Assembly (NCBI GenBank): GCA_028826165.1
Contig: JAPDFW010000061.1
Coordinates: 372,001 to 436,000 of the forward strand
DNA length: 64,000 bases
Direction: 5' to 3'
Origin: Anaeramoeba ignava BMAN
Taxonomy: Eukaryota; Protista; Anaeramoebae
The notes beneath the pieces were generated by a model. That model saw only the letters and a list, made by a program, of their open reading frames with translations, had not been told where the DNA came from and made no database searches. Position 1 is the first letter of the stretch, and each line of letters opens with the position of its first letter. Position numbers and translations under genes: made by a program. Positions 1 to 11,551 of the stretch are shown here, piece after piece.

Positions 1-647
1 CCAACTTGACCATAATCATTATATCCGCATCCAAATAATTCTTGATTTGAATTCAAAAGAAAAATATGATAAGATATAATTCCTGAAAATATTTTAGAAA
101 CATTTTTCATCATTAAAATTGGTTTTTCTGTTTTTGGAAGTGTTTTAGAATCAAAACCAAGTTGACCATTAAAATTTGAACCAATTCCATAAACATTTTG
201 ATTTGAAGTTAATAAGTAAATTGTAAAACCTCCAGAAACAATATCTTGAATTATTCTATCATTTTTATCTTCAATTAATGATGAAATATTGATAAATTCT
301 TTTGGATTATTTGGATTAATATTTTCTCCTTTGGCAAATACATTTCCTTCTATTGTTAAAATAGCTTCATTTCGATAACCAACAGTTACTTTTTGAATAT
401 TTTCTTCAATTTGAATTTTTTCAGGATTTTGATTTGAATAATCTTCATTTAAATATTCTATTGCTTTTCCATTTTCAAAAAGGAAAATTATTGCAAAATT
501 TGAAGTTGAAATTTGTTTAATTTGTTTTTCATTTTCATTTTCATTTTCATTTTCAAATTTAAATTGAATTGGTTTTGTTATTTCATTTGGTTCATTTTTG
601 ATAAGTTTTGGATTTTGATTTTGACCAAAAAATAAAATTTCATTCAT
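1..647 (-). CDS. RCC1-repeat (BTB-linked family) protein, 5' part, runs off the window edge
   Basis: Reverse strand reads MNEILFFGQNQNPKLIKNEPNEITKPIQFKFENENE...GSNFNGQLG...GCGYNDYGQVG, a close paralog of the 41.6-53.6 kb genes. It has the same TTTTTTTCTTTTCAAAA-ATG leader. Not in the ORF track because it is truncated. Confidence 0.9.
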   Translation of the reverse strand, partial: MNEILFFGQNQNPKLIKNEPNEITKPIQFKFENENENENEKQIKQISTSNFAIIFLFENGKAIEYLNEDYSNQNPEKIQIEENIQKVTVGYRNEAILTIEGNVFAKGENINPNNPKEFINISSLIEDKNDRIIQDIVSGGFTIYLLTSNQNVYGIGSNFNGQLGFDSKTLPKTEKPILMMKNVSKIFSGIISYHIFLLNSNQELFGCGYNDYGQV

Positions 648-748
648 TTTTGAAAAGAAAAAAAATGAAAAAAATAAATTTTTAATTTTAATTTTAATTT
701 TAATTTTAATTTTAATTTTGGAAAAGAAAGAAATATGAAAAATAGTTT

Positions 749-2280
749 TTAAATGAAATAAGTCTCAAGTTCTTTGACAACCCATTCATCATAGGATCCA
801 GCTAAATAACTTTTAGCTCTCTTCGTTCCATATTTAATTCCATTGGGCAAATTGTAACTCACACCAAAATCTGAATAACCAGATTTTAAATTAGAATTTA
901 AATCAATATCATCATTGCCAAAACATGAACCTCTATCTAAACGATAATAAATCGCATTTTGTTCTTCATCTTGTTTAATTGTGAATTTCTTTGATTTTCT
1001 TTTATTTGTACTATTTCTTAATGAAAAAATAAATGCATTTGGATCTGGAATATATCTTGAATCTCCTGTCATAAATCCAACTTGAGTAAAACCTCCAAAA
1101 ATAAAATTATCTTTTGTTTTGATAATAACTAATGTTTTTCCTTTATCATCAACTGCTTTATGCCAATTTTGAGAATCAAATCCATCTCTTTTTGCTGAAT
1201 ATCCCAATTTCATTTTAGAAAAGAATTCATCATCATTTATCCATTCTTTTAATTTCTTAACATATTCAATATTTTTAATAATTTCTGAATCTGAAAAAAT
1301 ATTCAACCATTTCTTTCTATATTCTTCTTCATATTCATTAAAAACTGGTTTCATTTTCTCGATTTCCTTCCTTTGATCTTCAACTTTTTTCTTCCATTTC
1401 TTATCAATTTCTTTATCTTTTTTATCAATCTCAATTTTCATTTGTTGGTTTTCTTTTTGATTGTGTTGAATAACTTTGTTTTGAATATTAATGAAAAAAG
1501 AATTTGGAAGAGAAGGATCAAATTTTTTCAATTTAACAAAATCTTGTTTTGAAATTGAATCTTTATCAAATAATGAAAAAAAAGAATGAAATAATTTTTT
1601 CTTCATGTTCTCTTTGTGCTCGAATTTGTTTAATTTGAATAAATTAACTCTTTTTTCAATCCAATTATTTAAAAATTGAAAAAAATCAAATTGAAAAATT
1701 TCTTTTTTTTCTTGTTTAAATTGAATAAATTTGATAATTTCTTCTTTAGTTAAATTGAATAAATTCTCATTATTTTGAATTTTGGAAAAGTTTTGATTTA
1801 TTAATTCAAAACATTTTATTTCAATTTCATTTGAATTTAAATTTCGATTTTGGAATAAAAATTGGAAAAAATTTGAATAATTAATTGAATTTAAAATTTT
1901 TTTTGAATAATTTCTTTCAATAAATCTAATTTAAAATAAATTGAAATTTCTAATAATTGGATAAGATTTTCTTGATTCTCAAAAGAAATATTTCCATAAT
2001 AAATATATTTCAAAATTGATTCCATTTCTTTTTTATTAAATTGATTTAAAAAAATTTTATCAGTCTCATTTTGTTCTCTTAAAAACTTATTAAAAAAAGG
2101 AGATCTTAAAGATAAAATTGATTTATGAACTTTAATTTCAAAAGGATTTGATTCATTCTCAACAAAAATTGAAAAATCTTTAAATGAATTTTCATTTAAA
2201 AGGTTTGAATAATCTTTAATTAAATTTTTTGTTACTTTTTTTTCTAAATTTTTCTTTTCATTTTCATTTTGATTTTGCAT
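749..2280 (-). CDS. BTB-BACK-coiled coil-TLDc domain protein (one apparent 1-bp frameshift at ~1897-1904)
   Basis: ORF 1891-2448 has a BTB motif (FKDFSIFV...IKVHKSILSLRSPFF...ILKYIYYG). ORF 749-1606 has TLDc (GYSAKRDGFDSQNWHKAVDDKGKTLVIIKT...FGGFT...VKELETYFI). One extra A in the A-run gives a continuous BACK-like linker (ILNSINYSNFFQ...LNNWIEK). Start taken at MQNQNENE. Confidence 0.8.
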
Positions 2281-2517
2281 TTTGAATTTGATTTGCATTT
2301 TGAATTTGATTTTGATTTTGATTTTGATTTTGATTATTGTTATTATTATCCATTTTAAATAAAAAAATTTTAGAAAAAAAAAATGAAAAAAAATTTTAAA
2401 AAACAAAACATTTTTTTCATTTTTCATTTTTTCATTTTTTTTCTTCATTTTTTCTTTTCAATTAAATAAAATAAAAAAAAAAAAAGAATTAAAATAGAAT
2501 TAGAAAATAAAAAAGAA

Positions 2518-5100
2518 ATGAATGAAGAAATAGATTTATATTCAGGTTTTGATACAACTCCACAAAAAGAAAATAAATCAATAGATCAAACAGATTATGA
2601 AGAAGATGATGATTTAGGAATAGATAATTCTGAAAATGAGAAATCTAACGAGCAGCAAAAAGACGAAGAAAGAGAAATGAATGGGAAAGAAAACCAAGAA
2701 AAAAATGGGGATCAAAAAGATAAAAATGAGGCAAATCAATTGGATCAAGTTGAAACAAAAACATCATTAACAAATGATGAAAAGATCAACAATCACAAAT
2801 TGTTTCTCAACAAAATGAATTGGATACTCATGATGATAAAGATGGTTTAGATGAATTGAATAATGAACCTCAATTTACTGAGCGAAAGATTGTTATAGAA
2901 AATTTAGGTTGGGTAAGTTGATTAATTTTTTTTCAATTATTTTTATTTTTTTTAATTTCAAAATCAATTTATTTTTTTTTTAGTGGATTTCAGATCAACA
3001 AATTATTCAATTACTTGAAAGTTTTGGCACAATTGAATCCCTTTCTTTTGAAGAGGAAGAAGAAAATGGGAAATCTAAAGGGTAATTCAATTAAAAATTC
3101 ATTTAAAATTAAAATTCATTTTAAAATTCAATTTAAAATTCAATTTAAATTTAAAATTCAATTTAAAATTCAATTTAAAATTCAATTTAAAATTCAATTT
3201 AAAATTAAATTTAAAATTTCAATTATAAATTCAAATTAAAATTAAATTTAAAATTAAAATTAAAATTAAAAATAAAAAATAGAATTTGTACAGTTTGGTT
3301 TGTAGAACCAGAATCAGCATACAAATCTTATAAAGCATTAGACAAAACAATATTTGAAGAACAAGAAATCAAAATAAATTATGAAGAAGTAAATAAAAAA
3401 GAAGAAGAAAAAACAAATATGACAATAAAACAACAAGGATAATAAGCAAGAAAACGAGACGAGAGGAATAGAAAACGGAATGAATTCACGATGGCCAGGA
3501 GGATTTCCTGTTCCTCAACCTCCAATATTTCCACCATGTAAAAAAAAGAAAAAAAATAGAATAATTTTTTAATAAGAAAATTTTTGATTTTTAATTCTTG
3601 ATTTTAGTTCTTCCACCAATATATCCAAACATAGGCATCCCTCCAGGCATCCAAGAACCTCCAAAACCTCCATTTTATCGCGCTCGTGCTCGTCCTCTTT
3701 ACCCTTATAATCCTCGTGGCCGCTATCCTCATCCAAATTTAAATCAATTTGAAATAATCAGAAATCATGAAAATAATCCTTTTATCAAAAATGAATACTC
3801 TAGAAATTATGAACAACATGAACAAAGAAAACATCGAGATTATCATGATTATTTTGATGATCAAAATCGACATTATGATTATCATCATCGAAAAAAATTT
3901 CCAAATGAAAAATATTATGAAAATCGAAATCAAAATCAAAATCGAAATGAAAATCAAAATCAAAATCAAAATCAAAATCAAAATCAAAATCAAAATGAAA
4001 AATATTATGAAAATCGAAATGAAAATCAAAATGAAGAAAATAATAGAGAAAGAAAACATTCACAAGAAAAAGACCATGATTCTCATCATTCACACTCATC
4101 ACATCATAAAAGCCGCTCTCATTCTCGCAATTCGAGTCACTATGAAACAGAAACAACAACTCGACATCGATCCAAAGAATCAGACGCAGAACATTCACGA
4201 GAATCGCGAGATGATAAAAGGAGACAAGAATCAATTCAATCCAAAAAATATGAAAAATATTCGCCAGATCAATCTCGCGAAATTCATGATTCAAATACTC
4301 AAAAATCAAATAAAAATGAAGACTTTTCAAAAAATCAAGATTTTTCAAATGAAAAAAATAGAGATTTTAATAGAAAATATCGTTCAAATTCAAAAGAAAA
4401 TGAAAAGTCAAAAAATTATCAAAATTCAAGAGAATCAAAAAGATATCATGATCATAAATCAAGAAATCATGAACGAAGCAGAGAAGAAAGCACACGAGAT
4501 TACTCAAGAGAAGACGAGCGAAACGAAAAATACAATCGAAGAGAAACATCAAGAGAAAAATATTATTCAAAAGAAAGAAAAACGGAAAATGAACAAAATG
4601 GATATTTTTTTGACAAGAAAAATCAAGAATATTCACATCGAAATTCACATTCTTCTCGTGAAAGAGAGAAGAGAAAAAAAGATGAAGAAAAATATCGAGA
4701 TCGAAATGTGAAAAGAGAAAGAAAAAAAGACAGAAAAAGTGAAGAAAAGGAAATGAATAAAAAAAAAGAAGAAATGAATGAAGAAAAAAATATAAAAAAT
4801 GAACTTGATAATAAACAAGAAATAAAAGATAATTCTCATCAACAAAATAATTCTATTCCAAATTTTGATAAACCGCGAATAATTAAACTAGATGGAACGT
4901 CTAGACAAAGAAATTTTTCTCGAAGAAATGAATTAAATAATTGGGTTGAAGAAAATTTTAAAAGAGAAAATATAAATTCTAATCCTAATTCTAATTCTAA
5001 TTCTAATTCTAATTCTCTTAGACTTGAAGATATTAACATTTATAAAGAACGTCAAAAATTTGCCCAAAATAAAAAATCTTTTCGTAATTCTCGTTATTAA
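2518..5100 (+). CDS. CPSF6: Cleavage factor Im large subunit (CPSF6/CFIm68-like): RRM, Pro-rich region, R/S/E/D-rich tail
   Basis: N-terminal EIDLY. Spliced RRM IVIENLGW|WISDQQ...ENGKSKG|ICTVWF resembles the CPSF6/7 signature NLTWWTTD...NGQSKG. GT-AG introns at 2913-2983, 3082-3282 and 3538-3607. Apparent indels at ~2780 and ~3410-3430. Confidence 0.75.
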
Positions 5101-5659
5101 AATGAAAAGCAAAAAAAAAAAAAAAAAATTTAAATTTTTCTCCTTTTTTCTTTTTTCTTTTTTCTTTTTTTAAAAAAAAAACAAACAAATTCGGAATAAG
5201 ACTTATCAATTTCTTGTTTTGTTTTCTTTTTGAAATTGATAAAGGAAATTCAATTAAAAAAAAAATTTAAATAAAAACCAATTAAAAAAAATTTTTTTTT
5301 TTTCTTTTTTAAAAAATAAAAATAAATTATAAAAATTAAAAAAAATTAAAAAAACTTACTTTTAATTTAATTTAATTTCTCTTTACTCTTTTTTTTATAA
5401 TTACAAAAACAAAATTAAAAACAAAATCAAAAACAAAAAAAAAAACAAAAAAGTAAGTTTAAAAATTAAAAAAAAAATTTAATTTAAAAAGAAACCAAAC
5501 AAATCAATTTAAATTAAAATTACAATTATAAAATATTTATCTTACACACAATAATAACACTTTTAAGTTTTTTAAGCAATATAATCAATTAATTTTTATT
5601 TAAAAAAATTTAACTTATTTTTTATTTCAATTTTCTTTTTTTTTTTAATTAAATCTTTT

Positions 5660-7170
5660 TTAGATTATATAACATTATTTCATTAATTTAATTTGATTTA
5701 ATATTCCCAATTTAATTTAATTTAAATTATATAACATAATTTATTTAATTTAGATTATATAACATAATTTGATTTAATATTCCCAATTTAATTTAGATTA
5801 TATAACATAAATTATTTAATATTCCAAATTTAATTTAGATTATATAACATTAATTATTTAATATTCCTAATTTAATTTAATTTAGATTATATAACATAAT
5901 TTGATTTAATTTTGATTTAATTTAATATTCCCAATTTAATTTAATTTAGATTATATAACATTAATTATTTAATTTTCCAATTTAATTTAGATTATATAAC
6001 ATTAATTATTTAATTTTCCCAATTTAATTTAGATTATATAACATTATTTCATTAATATTCTAATTTAATTTAGATTATATAACATTATTTAATTAATTTT
6101 CCCAATTTAATTTAGATTATATAACATTATTTCATTAATTTAATTTGATTTAATTTAATATTCCAATTTAATTTAATTTTAGATAATATAACATTATTTA
6201 TTTAATTTCCCAATTTTCAATTTAGATTATATAACATAATTTATTTAATATTCCAAATTTAATTTAGATTATATATCATTATTTCATTATTTGATTTAAT
6301 TTAGATTATATAACATAATTTAATTAATATTCCCAATTTAGTTTAATTTAGATTATATAACATAATTTCATTATTTGATTTAATTTAGATTATATAACAT
6401 AAATTATTTAATATTCTAATTTAATTTAATTTAGATTATATAACATTAATTATTTAATATTCCAAATTTAATTTAGATTATATAACATAATTTATTTAAT
6501 TTAGATTATATAACATAATTTCATTATTTGATTTAATTTAGATTATATAACATTATTTAATTTAATTTAATTTAGATTATATAACATTATTTATTTAATT
6601 TAATTTAGATTATATAATATTATTGATTTAATTTAATTTAATTTAATTTAATTTAATTTAATTTAGATTATATAACATAATTTCATTATTTGATTTAATT
6701 TAGATTATATAACACAAATAAAAGCAAAAATTTAATTTAATTTAGATTATATAACATTATTTATTTAATTTAATTTTAGATTATATAACATTATTTATTT
6801 AATTTGATTTAATTTAATTTAATATTCTAATATTTTAATTTAGATTATATAATATTAATTATTTAATTTAATATTCCCAATTTAATTTAATTTAGATTAT
6901 ATATCATTAATTATTTAATTTGATTTAATTTAATATTCCCAATTTAATTTAGATTATATAATATTATTTATTTAATATTCCCAATTCAATTTAGATTATA
7001 TAATATTATTTGATTTAATTTAGATTATATAACATTATTTAATTTAATTTAATTTAGATTATATAATATTATTTATTTAATTTAATTTAGATTATATAAT
7101 ATTATTGATTTAATTTAATTTAATTTAATTTAATTTAATTTAATTTAATTTAATTTAATTTAATATTCCA
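5660..7170. repeat. Degenerate minisatellite with conserved core TTTAGATTATATAACAT (~34 copies) and variable AT linkers
   Basis: The core recurs roughly every 28-70 bp. Linkers are permutations of TTAAT, ATTCCCAA and TTGAT modules. Confidence 0.9.
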
Positions 7171-7246
7171 AATTTAATCAAATTTAAGATTGATTTAATT
7201 TTAATTTAAAAATTTTGATTTAAAATTGTAATTTAAAAAAAAAGAA

Positions 7247-8647
7247 ATGGGAGAATCCAAAAAATCGAAAAAAAGTCGAAGTAAAAAAAGCAAAAAAAGT
7301 AAAAGCAAAAAAAGTGACAGAGAACCACCACCAAAAAGACCAAGAAACGCATATTTCATCTTTGCAGGAGAAATTAGAGCAGGAATTTTACAAGAAAACC
7401 CAGGACTTAAAGTTGGAGAAGTATCTAAAATAACAGGAAAAAGATGGAAAGAAGTGACAGAAGAAGAAAAAAAAGTAGAACAATTTTTCAACAAAAAAAA
7501 ATTCTTTAATTTCTAATAAAAAAATTTTAATCCATTTAAATCATTCAAGAAATTCCAAAAATTAGCAGAAGAAGAAAAGCAAGTTTATGAGAAAAGTATG
7601 GCTGAATATCGAAAGAAATATCCAAAATCAGACTCAGATGATAAGAAAAAAAAGAGAAGAAAAAAGAATAAAAAAAACAACAACAAAAAGAAGAACAAGA
7701 AAAAATCCAAAAAGAAGAAGGATCCAAATGCTCCAAAAGCCCCTAAAAATGCTTATATGCTTTTTGCTGATCAAATTCGTGAAGGATTAATGGCAGAGCA
7801 TAAAGGTATTCGTGTTGGTGAATTATCAAAGATTATTGGTCAAAAATGGAAAGAAGTTGATGAAGAACAAAAAAAGGTATTTAATATTAATTTAAATATA
7901 TTAATTTAAATATATTGATTTAAATATATTGATTTAAATATATTGATTTAAATATTTATTGATTTAAATATATTGATTTAAATATATTTATTTAAATATA
8001 TTTTGATTTAAATATATTGATTTAAATATATTGATTTAAATATATTGATTTAAAATATTGATTTTAAATATGATTTAAATATTTTGATTTAAATATTTAT
8101 TGATTTAAATATATTGATTTAAATATATATTGATTTAAATATATTTGATTTAAATATTTTAATTTAAATATATTAATTTAAATATATTTGATTTAAATAT
8201 TTTGATTTAAATATTTGGATTTAAATATTTTGATTTAAATATATTTAATTTAAATATATTGATTTAAATATTTATTGATTTAAATATATTGATTTAAATA
8301 TTTTAATTTAAATATATTAATTTAAATATATTTGATTTAAATATTTTGATTTAAATATTTGGATTTAAATATTTTGATTTAAATATATTAATTTAAATAT
8401 TTTGATTTAAATATTATTTGATTTAAATATATTGATTTAAATATTAATTTAAATATTAATAAAAAAGAAATTCCAAGAACAATCAAAGAAAGACAGAGAA
8501 GAATACAATAAGAAAATGGAAGAATATAAGAGAACTCATCCTCCAAAATCTGAAAGTTCTGATTCTTCAGAGTCATCTGATTCAACTTCAACTTCAACCT
8601 CAACTTCAACTTCAACATCAACTTCTTCAACTTCTTCTTCAGATTAA
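7247..8647 (+). CDS. Two-box HMG-box protein (HMGB/Nhp6-like) with Lys-rich linkers and a Ser/Thr tail
   Basis: PKRPRNAYFIF...GKRWKEV and DPNAPKAPKNAYMLF...GQKWKEV. Exons 7247-7474, 7550-7876 and 8468-8647 join in frame (EEKK|KFQK, EQKK|KFQE). Confidence 0.9.
7877..8467 (+). repeat. Intron filled with a ~14-bp TGATTTAAATATAT satellite
   Basis: GTATTT...AAAG intron of the HMG gene, made almost entirely of this repeat. Confidence 0.85.
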
Positions 8648-8875
8648 TAATTTCATCAATTCTTTTTTTTTTCCTTTTTTTTCCTATTTGATTTTTTCTT
8701 TCATCAAATTCAAAATTCTTTTTTTTAATTTTCATTCCACTTTTATTTTTTTTTTTGATTTGTTTGTTTTATTTACAAAAGGATAACAAAAAAAAATAAG
8801 AGAGAAAAACAAACAAAATTAATAAAAACAAATTAAAAAAAAAATTAATTTAAATTTAATTAAAAAAAAAATAAA

Positions 8876-8946
8876 TGGATCTACCAGGATTTGAACCTAG
8901 ACTGTGAGATTCAGAGTCTCACGTGCTACCCTTACACCATAGATCC
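8876..8946 (-). tRNA. trnQ-CTG: tRNA-Gln (anticodon CTG)
   Basis: Reverse complement GGATCTA TG GTGT AAGGGTA GCAC G TGAGA CTCTGAA TCTCA CAGT CTAGG TTCAAAT CCTGG TAGATCC A forms a full cloverleaf with a B box (GGTTCAAATCC). A T-run follows. Confidence 0.95.
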
Positions 8947-11428
8947 TTTTTAATTCAATTTAATTTAAATTTAAAATAAATATTTTTTTCAATTTAAATT
9001 TTTTAAAATTATATTCTTTTATATTTTATTATAAATATTTTATTAAATTTATATTTATTATTTTAATTAATTTTAATTTATATTTTATAAATAAATTTAT
9101 TTAAAATTATATTTTAAAATATTTCTAAATTATATTTTATTTATTTTATTTATTATTTTATTAAATATTTTATTAAATTAAAATCGGATAAAAAATATTT
9201 TAATTAAAATTTAATTAATAAAAATATATAAAAATAATTAATTAATATTATTACCCTTTTACACCATAGATCCTTTTTAATTTAATTTAATTTAAAATTA
9301 AATATTTTTTTCAATTTAAATTTTTAAATTATATTCTTTTATATTTTATTATTAATTATTTTATTAATTTTTATATTTAATATTTTAATTAATTTTAATT
9401 TATATTTTATAAATAAATTTATTTAAAATTATATTTTAAAATATTTCTAAATTTTTATTTTATTTATTCTATTTTTATTTATTTTATTAATTATTTTATT
9501 AAATTAAAATCGGATAAAAATATTTTAATTAAAAATTAATTAATAAAAAATAAAAATAATTAATTAATATTATTACCCTTTTACACCATAGATCCTTTTT
9601 AATTTTATTTTTAATTTAAAATAAATATTTTTCAATTTAAATTTTTAAATTATATTCTTTTTATATTTTATTATTAAAATATTTTATTAAATTTATATTT
9701 ATTATTTTAATTAATTTTAATTTATATTTTATAAATAAATTTATTTAAAATTATATTTTAAAATATTTCTAAATTATATTTTATTTATTCTATTTAATTT
9801 ATATTATTAATTATATTATTAAATTAAAATCGGATAAAAATATTTTAATTAAAAATAAATTAATAAAAATATATAAAAATAATTAATTAATATTATTACC
9901 CTTACACCATAGATCCTTTTAATTTATTTTAATTTAAAATAAATATTTTTCAATTTAAATTTTTAAATTATATTCTTTTTATATTTTATTATTAAATATT
10001 TAATTTAAATTTATATTTATTATTTTAATTAATTTTAATTTATATTTTATAAATAAATTTATTTTAAAATTATATTTTAAAATATTTCTAAATTATATTT
10101 TATTTATTTTATTTAATTTTATATTATTAATTATATTTATTAAATTAAAATCGGATAAAAATATTTTAATTAAAAATTAATTAATAAAAATAAATAAAAA
10201 TAATTAATTAATATTATTACCTTTTACACCATAGATCCTTTTTAATTCTAATTTAATTTAATTTAAATATTTTTCAATTTAAATTTTTAAATTATATTTT
10301 TTATATTTTATTATTAAATATTTTAATTAAATTTATATTTAATATTTTAATTAATTTTAATTTATATTTTTATAAATAAATTTATTTAAAATTATATTTT
10401 AAAATATTTCTAAATTATATTTTATTTATTTTATTTAATTTTTATTAAATTAAAATCGGATAAAAATATTTTAATTAAAATTTAATTAATAAAAATATAT
10501 AAAAATAATTAATTAATATTATTACCCCTTACACCATAGATCCTTTTTAATTCAATTTAATTTTAAATTAAATATTTTTCAATTTAAATTTTTAAATTAT
10601 ATTCTTTTTATATTTTATTATATTAATTATTTAATTAAATTTATATTTATTATTTTAATTAATTTTAATTTATATTTTATAAATAAATTTATTTAAAATT
10701 ATATTTTAAAATATTTCTAAATTATATTTTATTTATTTTATATAATTTATTTTTTATTAAATTAAAATCGGATAAAAATATTTTAATTAAAAAAATTAAT
10801 TAATAAAAATATATAAAAATAATTAATTAATATTACTACCCTTACACCATAGATCCTTTTTTTAATTTAATTTTAATTTAAAATAAATATTTTTCAATTT
10901 AAATTTTTTTAAATTATATTCTTTTTATATTTTATTATAAATTATTTTAATTAAATTTATATTTTATTATTTTAATTAATTTTTAATTTATATTTTATAA
11001 ATAAATTTATTTAAAATTAAATTTTATTTATTTTATATAATTTATTTTATTAATTATTTTATTAAATTAAAATCGGATAAAAATATTTTATTTAAAAATA
11101 AATTAATAAAAATAAATAAAAATAATTAATTAATATTATTACCCTTACACCATAGATCCTTTTTAATTTAATTTAATTTTAATTTAAAATAAATATTTTT
11201 TTCAATTTAAATTTTTTTAAATTATATTCTTTTATATTTTATTATTAAATATTTTATTAATTTTATATTTATTATTTTAATTAATTTTAATTTATATTTT
11301 ATAAATAAATTTATTTAAAATTATATTTTAAAATATTTCTAAATTTTATTTTATTTATTTTATTTTATTTATTTTATTAATTATTTTATTAAATTAAAAT
11401 CGGATAAAAAATATTTTAATTAAAATTT
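8927..11428 (-). repeat. Eight ~303-327 bp tandem units, each consisting of tRNA-Gln upstream flank plus the first ~20 nt of the tRNA
   Basis: TACCC(T)TTACACCATAGATCC ends at 8946, 9273, 9595, 9916, 10238, 10543, 10856 and 11159. AAAATCGGATAAAAA also occurs 8 times with the same period. Confidence 0.92.
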
Positions 11429-11551
11429 ATTTGAATTTGTTTTTATTGAAAATTGTTTTTGAAATGATTTGAGAAAAATGAAAAATGAAAAAAAGAAAAA
11501 ATGAAAATTTGGAATTGATTTGATTTGATTTGATTAAAATTTTTGTTTAAT

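Noticed and set aside
5352-5460. 12-bp inverted repeat AAACTTACTTTT / AAAAGTAAGTTT as MITE ends
   Set aside because: It is short and AT-rich, equals the splice-donor consensus, and has no target-site duplication or second copy in the window.
5660-7170. CRISPR-like appearance (constant repeat with variable spacers), also at 30130-31357
   Set aside because: Spacers are low-complexity permutations of the same AT modules with irregular lengths. There are no cas genes and the context is eukaryotic.
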